A stretch of DNA of 32,000 bases. Origin: Promethearchaeota archaeon (GTDB lineage: Archaea; Asgardarchaeota; Lokiarchaeia; Sigyniarchaeales; Promethearchaeaceae). The stretch covers positions 150,001 to 182,000 of the forward strand of contig JAFGBS010000028.1 of NCBI GenBank assembly GCA_016933055.1. The letters are read 5' to 3'. Position 1 is the stretch's first letter. Every line of letters starts with the position of its first letter. The notes below the pieces were generated by a model that was not told the origin of the DNA, did no database searches, and was given only the letters and a program-made list of their open reading frames with translations. Shown here one piece after another: positions 25,289 through 32,000 of the stretch. The position numbers were made by a program, and so were the translations under genes.

Positions 25289-27094
25289 TTATGGTATTAT
25301 ATTTCGATGGATTTTTTGGAGAAATTCTTTATCATATTTTAAAATACGATCATAGGTCATGTATCCGTTAATTTCTTGTTCTACATCGCTTATCTGTGTA
25401 TAAATGGCAGTGGTCAATCCTTGTTCCTTTAATTTTTTAACTTTTTGTAACAATACAGCATATTCTTGTTGCAGTTCTTCTTGGGTTTTATAAGTTTGGT
25501 ATGCCCAATATTTCGGTCCCTTCCACATGTGTCCAGGTACCTTAAGTCCCAATCCTCCAAACTCCCCATTTACTGATACTCTAAATTCTTCAAGTTCTGG
25601 CATCATTGGGCCAGGATATTTATGAAGATCCCGCATATCTCCCACATTTTTATCTACCCAACCACTAACAGAATCGATTAACCGAGAGGAATCCCATTCT
25701 CGAATTTTGTTTGTTAATTCAATAGTCCGATGTTGACCCCAACCTTCATTAAAAATCACCCATGTAATAATAGATGGAAAATGATTTAATTTCTCTACCA
25801 TATCTTGGAGTTCGTGCTCGAATTGGGTTATTACCTCTTTATTTTTTCGCAAAGCTCTTGTCTTCCATAACCATCTCCCCCTAAATAGTATTTGACTGAT
25901 ACTTCCTCGAATAATTGAGCCTGCATATGGCATATCCTGCCAAACTAAGATTCCTATTTTATCACAATGATGATACCAGATTGCTGGTTCGATTTTTACA
26001 TGTTTACGTATCATATTCAATCCGATATCTTTAGCGATGTTCGCATCATAATAGAGTGCCTCCTCATTGGGAGCAGTATATAAGCCATCTGGGAAATATC
26101 CTTGATCTAATACTCCGAGTTGAAAAATTTCTTCATCATTCAAAAAAATTTTTGGGATGCCTGCTGAATCTTTTTTCACTTCTATTTTTCGTAACCCAGA
26201 ATAACTGAGGACGGTATCTTCGATGGTTTCATTTATTACTAAGCTAATTCTGAAATCATATAATTGAGGGGATTCAGAACTCCAATATTTGGGCTCAGAA
26301 ATCTTAACCTTGATAGGGATTGAGGTTTCTCCCTCGGTTGATTGAACAATTTTTCCTTGTTGAAAGACCTCAATAATAACTCGAGTTTTAGGAGTGGAAA
26401 CAAGTTCATTTTTTAGAATAGATCGTTTGTCGGTGTCAATAACTGTTATTTCAAATTCATCTGAGTCAAATATGGGTGTGATTTTTATAGTATTTATACT
26501 TAAGTTAGAAACGGGTTCTATCCATATTGTCTGCCAAATTCCAGAAATTGCTGTATAAAACGCAGCCCATGGCTTTAATATTTGTTTTCCTCTCGGTTGC
26601 GAACCTTTATTGGTAGGATCTTGTACAGCCACAAAAATCTCATTTGGATTTTTCCAACTGACGTGTTCAGTTATATCAAAGAAAAATCCACCAAATCCCC
26701 CTTGATGAGATCCCACTTTATGCTTATTTATATATACTATGCAATTCCAATCCACAGCACCGAAGTTAAGCAAAATTCTCTTTTCGTGCCATTCTGGCGG
26801 TATTATGAGCATACGATGATACCATAAAACCTCACGAGGTTTTAATGGTCGTTTTACTCCACTTAATGCCGATTCTATGGGATATGGCACAAGTATTTTA
26901 TCGTCATATCGTGTCGGAAATTTGTCCATAGTTCTTGTGATTACGTAATTCCATAATCCATTCAAAGATAGCCATCTATCTCTTTTCATTTGAGGCCGAG
27001 GATAGGATGGATAGGGATTAGTTGAGTCTACGTCTTCTGCCCATTTAGTCATAATTTGACCTTTTACGGGATTCCATTGGGTCATATTCATCAC
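25289..27094 (-). CDS. glycoside hydrolase family 2 (beta-galactosidase/beta-glucuronidase-like)
   Basis: LNFGAVDW, SGIWQTIWIE, NMIRKHVKIEP, GILVWQD, acid/base FNEGWG and nucleophile GEFGG. Confidence 0.9.
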   Translation of the reverse strand: MMNMTQWNPVKGQIMTKWAEDVDSTNPYPSYPRPQMKRDRWLSLNGLWNYVITRTMDKFPTRYDDKILVPYPIESALSGVKRPLKPREVLWYHRMLIIPPEWHEKRILLNFGAVDWNCIVYINKHKVGSHQGGFGGFFFDITEHVSWKNPNEIFVAVQDPTNKGSQPRGKQILKPWAAFYTAISGIWQTIWIEPVSNLSINTIKITPIFDSDEFEITVIDTDKRSILKNELVSTPKTRVIIEVFQQGKIVQSTEGETSIPIKVKISEPKYWSSESPQLYDFRISLVINETIEDTVLSYSGLRKIEVKKDSAGIPKIFLNDEEIFQLGVLDQGYFPDGLYTAPNEEALYYDANIAKDIGLNMIRKHVKIEPAIWYHHCDKIGILVWQDMPYAGSIIRGSISQILFRGRWLWKTRALRKNKEVITQFEHELQDMVEKLNHFPSIITWVIFNEGWGQHRTIELTNKIREWDSSRLIDSVSGWVDKNVGDMRDLHKYPGPMMPELEEFRVSVNGEFGGLGLKVPGHMWKGPKYWAYQTYKTQEELQQEYAVLLQKVKKLKEQGLTTAIYTQISDVEQEINGYMTYDRILKYDKEFLQKIHRNIIP

Positions 27095-27205
27095 TCTGAT
27101 GAAAAGGTTAAAATTTTTATTGCTACTTATAGATAGAAATATACCAAGTGTTTAGTCTTATTTCTAACTCAACAAAATAATAATATTACATGAAGTTGTA
27201 TCTCT

Positions 27206-28150
27206 ATGAAAACAATTCTGATTATAGGTGCCTGCGGTCAGATCGGAAGTGAATTAGTTCCCGCGCTTCAATCTCTGGACTTTGATGCTGTTTACGCTTC
27301 AGATAAAAAGAAACCCCCCAGAGAACTTCTGGAAAAATTTCACTCCTTTCATTATTTAGATGTTCTTGATTATGATCTTTTAGATAATCTCGTCAAAGAT
27401 AATAATATCGATACAATTTTTCATTTAGCTTCTTTATTATCCGCTAAAAGTGAGAAATACCCGCAAATGGCTTGGAATTTAAACATGAATGGGTTATTGA
27501 ATGTTTTAGAAGTAGGACGAAAATATAATCTGAAGAGAATAATATGGCCCAGCAGCATAGCCGTATTTGGTCCAACAACCCCAAAACGCAATACTCCAAA
27601 TGAGACGATTCTTCAACCAACCTCAATTTACGGAATAACCAAAGTTGCTGGAGAACTTCTGTGCAAATATTATTTTAATAGATATGGATTGGATGTAAGA
27701 AGTGTTAGGTTACCTGGAATAATCAGTAGTGAAACCTTACCTGGTGGGGGTACGACCGATTATGCGGTAGAGATCTTTTATGAAGCCATACAAAATAATC
27801 AATATACATGTTTTTTGGAAAAAGATACTATTCTTCCTATGTTATATATGAAAGACTGCATTAAAGCCCTAATCCACTTAATGGAAGCTGATTCTGTCAA
27901 ACTTAAACATCGTATATTCAATTTGACGGGTGTGAGTTTCTCATGTGAACAGCTGGCGGATGAAATAAAAAAACATATCCCTAATTTCTCGATTAAATAT
28001 CAACCCGATGAGAGACAGCTGATTGCAGATAGTTGGCCTCAATCGATTGATGATTCGTTAGCTAGAATTGAATGGGGATGGGAACATGCCTATAACTTAG
28101 AAGAATTAACTATTGATATGCTACAATGTCTTCGTAAACGATTATTATAG
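27206..28150 (+). CDS. tdh: L-threonine 3-dehydrogenase (SDR/NAD-dependent epimerase type)
   Basis: GACGQIG, HLASLLSA, PSSIAVFG, YGITK, GGGTTDYAV, LPMLYMKDC and IADSWP are signatures of SDR-type ThrDH. Confidence 0.85.
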   Translation: MKTILIIGACGQIGSELVPALQSLDFDAVYASDKKKPPRELLEKFHSFHYLDVLDYDLLDNLVKDNNIDTIFHLASLLSAKSEKYPQMAWNLNMNGLLNVLEVGRKYNLKRIIWPSSIAVFGPTTPKRNTPNETILQPTSIYGITKVAGELLCKYYFNRYGLDVRSVRLPGIISSETLPGGGTTDYAVEIFYEAIQNNQYTCFLEKDTILPMLYMKDCIKALIHLMEADSVKLKHRIFNLTGVSFSCEQLADEIKKHIPNFSIKYQPDERQLIADSWPQSIDDSLARIEWGWEHAYNLEELTIDMLQCLRKRLL

Positions 28151-28215
28151 ATTTTGTTTGTCCGATTCCCAATAAAAAAACAATTTTAAGGTGGGAATAA
28201 TTCGCTCATTTAAGG

Positions 28216-29145
28216 ATGTCTAATAAAAAGCAAACAGCTGTAATTGGTGCTGGCAGTTTTGGTAAAGCACATGCACGTAATTACAATGATATATCGGATC
28301 TTATCGCTATATGCGACTCAAACATGGAATCGGCAAAGAATGCCGCACTAGCATACGAAGATGTTCGAGTCTATAATGATGTTGATAAAATGCTAAAAGA
28401 AGAAAAGATCGATGCGATCAGCATAGTTACTCCCCCTTCTGTCATCCCAGCACTAACTGAGAAGTGTGCCCAAAAAGGAATAAACGTGTTAATGGAAAAG
28501 CCTATGGGCTTAAAATATGCGGATGTGGAAGCACTTACTGCGTATAATTCCGTTCGAATTCATCCTGGTTTTATTGAGTTATATAATCCCGTTGTTGATG
28601 AAGCAAAACAATATTTGTCTCGTATTGGAAATATCTTAACAATTAGTTCCAAGCGTATTGGATTGTTTCCACGAAGATATTGGGGTATGGGAGTGGTTCT
28701 AGACTTGACTGTACACGATGTATACCTACAAAGGGATTTTTTAGGGGATATTCAATCCGTTAAAAGCATGGTTCGATATTTTCATGATAGTCAATTTGAA
28801 GATGCCGCTTATGTATTGTTAGATTTCGGAGATGCGAAAGGTTTAATAGAATCTAATTGGCTAACTCCGACGAAATATCGTAAAATGTTCATTTCAGGTG
28901 AAAATGGTACAATAGAAGTCGATTTCATTAGACAATACCTCACCTTTCTTGAGGGAAAAGACCTAACCAAAGCGAAACCTGAGATATGGGAAACAAAAAT
29001 TAATTATCTTCGACCAAAAGAACCTTTAAGAGAAGAACTCATGGATTTTTTATATTCAGATATTCCCAAAGTAACATTGGAGAACCATGGATTAAAAGCG
29101 TTAAAAGTGGTATTGGATGTTTTAAAAGAAGCAAAGAAAAAATAA
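28216..29145 (+). CDS. Gfo/Idh/MocA-family oxidoreductase (UDP-GlcNAc 3-dehydrogenase-like)
   Basis: VIGAGSFGKAH, LMEKPM, GFIELYNP, GVVLDLTVHD and SNWLTP.K.R. Confidence 0.85.
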   Translation: MSNKKQTAVIGAGSFGKAHARNYNDISDLIAICDSNMESAKNAALAYEDVRVYNDVDKMLKEEKIDAISIVTPPSVIPALTEKCAQKGINVLMEKPMGLKYADVEALTAYNSVRIHPGFIELYNPVVDEAKQYLSRIGNILTISSKRIGLFPRRYWGMGVVLDLTVHDVYLQRDFLGDIQSVKSMVRYFHDSQFEDAAYVLLDFGDAKGLIESNWLTPTKYRKMFISGENGTIEVDFIRQYLTFLEGKDLTKAKPEIWETKINYLRPKEPLREELMDFLYSDIPKVTLENHGLKALKVVLDVLKEAKKK

Positions 29146-29181
29146 AGCGATCATCAACATCTATTGAATCTAATCACAATA

Positions 29182-29205
29182 TTTTCTTTTTTTTTCAAAT
29201 GACAG
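29182..29205 (+). terminator. oligo-T archaeal-type terminator candidate
   Basis: TTTTCTTTTTTTTT about 40 nt after the oxidoreductase stop codon. Confidence 0.4.
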
Positions 29206-29374
29206 ATGTTAAAAGGAGTAACTATACTGAATGCGGTGCGCTTGGTTAGCTATACTGATGATGGCATGAAAAAATAGAATTTCGGATGGATTCTTGGGGT
29301 GAAAGGAGGGGATCGCACAGTACTAAAGGAAAAGGATTAATTTTTATCATTTAACTTCGGTAAAAAAGATCACT

Positions 29375-30574
29375 CTATTTTTTTTGCTTTCGAAGAAATG
29401 CAAGCATGGGCTTCTTTTCTCGTTGTATACCTTGAACTTGTGCTTCTTCAATTCCAAAATAGGTATCTATCAAGTCCTTTGCACCTTCAAAAAGAGACAT
29501 ATCCCCCGTCCAATTTGAAATATAATTGCCAAATTTCTCTTCTATTTCTGGAGTCAATTTTTCTAATTTATAACGATAAATTTCTAAATTCTCAGTTACT
29601 ATCAAAATAACGATTACATACCGGCTTTTCTCAAAAATCATCTTATAGTTACCTTGATCGATTAAATCTACATTTTCTTCCGATCCTGTGATTTCTTTAA
29701 TAATATCTTGTATACCCGAGAAGGCAGCCGCAACTAAATCTGGATGAGTAGAGGATTTTAAGGTGCGTTCTTCATAAAATCGTCTATTATATAGTTCTAT
29801 TCCATTATAAGACACGATATGGATTTCCAATAAATAATTTGACCAGTTTAATTCCATAATACTTGGGAATTCTTGGAATGAAAATTGAATTATAAAAATA
29901 CTTGCTATAACAATGCCATCTCCTGCTAAAAGTCGGATGTACAAGATATCGTTAGTGTTTCCAAATGTATTAGTAAATGGTTCAATAAACAGATTTAATA
30001 TAAAATCTGTCTTCAAAATGTTCCCTAAGAAAAGGAGAATAAACCCTAGGATGAAAATAACTAACATGTCTACTAGCTTAGGGTGATGTTCAACTCTTGA
30101 TTGAATTGCCGCATAAATTATTCCTAATGTTGCAAAAAATGCGACAAATATAAATAATGTTAAATAATTTGAGGGAAAATTATAGAAAAAAATCGCACAT
30201 AAAGAAATTAGACTTATAATTATAGTATTGATATACCCACTTTTCAAAATTCGTTCAATCTGAATGGATATATATACTAATCCAAGTAGTCCCAGCGCAT
30301 TTGCTACATTATTTAGATATGCTCGATCAATAAGCTCGGGTATATGATCTTGATAAAAATCTGCATACATCTTAACCGCATCGAATAAAAATTGACCAAG
30401 AAAGAAAAAACCCCATGCGAGGTTCATTTCCATTGGTTCTTTTTTCTTCTTTTTATGTATTGCTTCTACAAAGAAACGCATACTATAAAAAAGGTAAAAA
30501 GCTCCTATTATCGACTCTAAACCTATAAGTAACTCTCGTAATGTTCTTTTTTGCATTAGGATATCGTCGATCAT
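29375..30574 (-). CDS. 7-TM membrane protein with C-terminal longin-like domain
   Basis: Seven hydrophobic segments in the first ~245 aa. The C-terminus LEIHIVSYNGIELY...DLVAAAFSGIQDIIKEIT...IDQGNYKMIFEK...ILIV...LEKLTPEIEEKF follows the beta-beta-alpha-beta-beta-beta-alpha-alpha longin pattern. Confidence 0.65.
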   Translation of the reverse strand: MIDDILMQKRTLRELLIGLESIIGAFYLFYSMRFFVEAIHKKKKKEPMEMNLAWGFFFLGQFLFDAVKMYADFYQDHIPELIDRAYLNNVANALGLLGLVYISIQIERILKSGYINTIIISLISLCAIFFYNFPSNYLTLFIFVAFFATLGIIYAAIQSRVEHHPKLVDMLVIFILGFILLFLGNILKTDFILNLFIEPFTNTFGNTNDILYIRLLAGDGIVIASIFIIQFSFQEFPSIMELNWSNYLLEIHIVSYNGIELYNRRFYEERTLKSSTHPDLVAAAFSGIQDIIKEITGSEENVDLIDQGNYKMIFEKSRYVIVILIVTENLEIYRYKLEKLTPEIEEKFGNYISNWTGDMSLFEGAKDLIDTYFGIEEAQVQGIQREKKPMLAFLRKQKK

Positions 30575-30823
30575 TTTTTTCCACAGTATTGGTTATGATT
30601 TTTCTAGTGGAAGTTCTATTTGAAATTAGTGTAGTAATGTGGTTAGTAGAATTTACCCTTTACTTCCACGATTATTGAAGTGGATTTATGTTGCTTCAAA
30701 AATTTTACTTATTAACTAGAAATGAGGAAAAATTTTATAGTTTTGTAAATTCTCAAGGCATATTCTAGCTGTTTCATATGTTCTGGAAACGTATTAAGCT
30801 GAAAATAATGGATTTGCTTAAAA

Positions 30824-32000
30824 ATGCCTAAAGAAAAATGGATAATTACCTCTGCGTGGCCTTATGTTAATGCTACTCCTCATCTGGGCAACATAATCGG
30901 TAGTGTATTAAGTGGAGATGTTTTTGCTCGATTTCTTCGACTCCAGAAAAATACTGAAGTTTTATACGTTTCTGGTAGTGATATGCATGGTACACCCGTA
31001 GCTGTGGATGCTATCAAGAAAGGGATTACATCTGAAGAATTAGCGTATTCCAAACATGAAGACATCGTGAAATTATTTTCAGATTGGAATTTACAATATG
31101 ATAATTATACTCAAACCCACAATCCCACCCATATTAAATTCACCCAAGATTTTTATTTGGAAATCCAAAAGAATGGATATATTATTGAGGAAGAAACCGA
31201 AGGTTACTACTGTCCCGAAGATGATTTCTTCTTACCGGACCGTTTCATTGAGGGCACATGCCCCTATTGTGGGCAATCAGGTGCTCGAGGGGACCAGTGT
31301 GATAATCCCTCATGTGGGCGAGTTCTAGAATCAAACCAATTATTAAACCCCGAATGTAAAATATGTCTCCTAAAGAACAAACACACAACACCCATCCGAA
31401 AAAAAACTAAACATTGGTATTTGGATTTTCCTCAATTGGAAGACAAATTACGAGATTTTATAGTTAATAATCATTATATCAATCCAAATGCTAAAACATT
31501 ATGCTTAAATTCCATCAAAGAAGGACTTCCTCGTCGATCAATAACCAGAGATCTGAAATGGGGGATACCAGCTCCTTTCGAAGGAGCTGAAAATAAGACA
31601 ATTTATGTTTGGTTTGAAGCAGTTCTTGGGTATATCTCAGCGGTTAAAGAATGGGCGCAAATTAAAGAACAACCAGACTTATTTGATTACTACTGGAAGG
31701 ATCCTAAAACTAAATCTGTGTATTTCATTGGTAAAGATAATATTATTTTCCACTGGATTATTTTTCCTGGTCTAATATTTGCATACAATAAAGGAAAATC
31801 TATTGAAGATCAATTAACTCTTCCGTATAATGTAAGTAGTACTGAATTCTTAATGTATGAAAATGATAAATTTTCTAAAAGTCGAGGGATAGGAATATGG
31901 GCTGATGAAGCATTAGAGCTCCTTCCTGCAGATTATTGGAGATATGCGCTAATACGAAATCGTCCAGAGGGAAGGGATGTATCTTTTATTTGGAACGAAT
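30824..32000 (+). CDS. metG: methionyl-tRNA synthetase (3'-truncated by window edge)
   Basis: Not in ORF track. ATG 30824 MPKEKWIITSAWPYVNATPHLGN (HIGH-type), SGSDMHGTP, Zn knuckles CPxC and CDxxxC, SITRDLKWG, YVWFEA, FIGKDNIIFH and KFSKS. The frame stays open to the window end. Confidence 0.96.
   Translation, partial: MPKEKWIITSAWPYVNATPHLGNIIGSVLSGDVFARFLRLQKNTEVLYVSGSDMHGTPVAVDAIKKGITSEELAYSKHEDIVKLFSDWNLQYDNYTQTHNPTHIKFTQDFYLEIQKNGYIIEEETEGYYCPEDDFFLPDRFIEGTCPYCGQSGARGDQCDNPSCGRVLESNQLLNPECKICLLKNKHTTPIRKKTKHWYLDFPQLEDKLRDFIVNNHYINPNAKTLCLNSIKEGLPRRSITRDLKWGIPAPFEGAENKTIYVWFEAVLGYISAVKEWAQIKEQPDLFDYYWKDPKTKSVYFIGKDNIIFHWIIFPGLIFAYNKGKSIEDQLTLPYNVSSTEFLMYENDKFSKSRGIGIWADEALELLPADYWRYALIRNRPEGRDVSFIWNE

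Noticed and set aside
29208-29231. SECIS-like ATGA...AAA...TGA hairpin downstream of the oxidoreductase
   Set aside because: Pairing next to the putative GA quartet is poor, and no gene in the window has an in-frame TGA at a Cys position (TusA, DsrE, IscS and IscU Cys are all TGT/TGC).
29209-29249. Short ORF MTDVKRSNYTECGALG*
   Set aside because: Very short, with no SD or recognisable motif; not distinguishable from chance.
30607-30669. 8-bp inverted repeat GTGGAAGT/ACTTCCAC upstream of metG, as a possible attenuator or riboswitch
   Set aside because: Short, widely spaced, no T-box or SAM-riboswitch motifs, and near chance level.
30880-31328. Track ORFs 30880-31065 (-) and 31098-31328 (+)
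   Set aside because: They are shadows of metG, which is open from 30824 to the window end with no frameshift.
1-32000. tRNA, rRNA, transposase or integrase
   Set aside because: No cloverleaf with T-loop/D-loop consensus, no long GC-rich RNA-like segment and no DDE/Y1/tyrosine-recombinase motifs were seen by eye; a tRNAscan/Infernal run would confirm.

Overview
AT-rich, densely coding prokaryotic window. It is most consistent with an Asgard archaeon (Lokiarchaeia/Promethearchaeota-like). This is inferred from an archaeal-type TopA and MetRS, TATA-like boxes about 25-30 nt upstream of starts, GGTGA-type SD motifs and a 7TM-longin-like fusion. Contents in order: a tusA-dsrE-iscS-iscU operon; three stand-alone 2-oxoacid-dehydrogenase E2 catalytic-domain acyltransferases; a patatin; an FLVCR-like MFS transporter; an unknown membrane protein; an unannotated BNR/Asp-box pseudogene remnant; an alpha/beta hydrolase; nadE; a Dna2-like nuclease-helicase followed by a hypothetical gene and an AAA+ ATPase; type IA topoisomerase; a degenerate ADP-forming acyl-CoA synthetase alpha-like protein; a membrane protein with a duplicated Cys-motif domain; kbl; GH2; tdh; a Gfo/Idh/MocA oxidoreductase; a 7TM-longin-like protein; and the 5' part of metG. 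The best candidate for an undescribed system is the first operon. Its IscS has lost the PLP Schiff-base lysine (SxHK to SSND), it is encoded with two sulfur-carrier proteins (TusA, DsrE), and its IscU carries a C-terminal, degenerate thioredoxin-reductase-type NAD(P)H-binding domain. No CRISPR array, rRNA, tRNA or transposase was found. All family assignments come from motif recognition by eye, not database searches.
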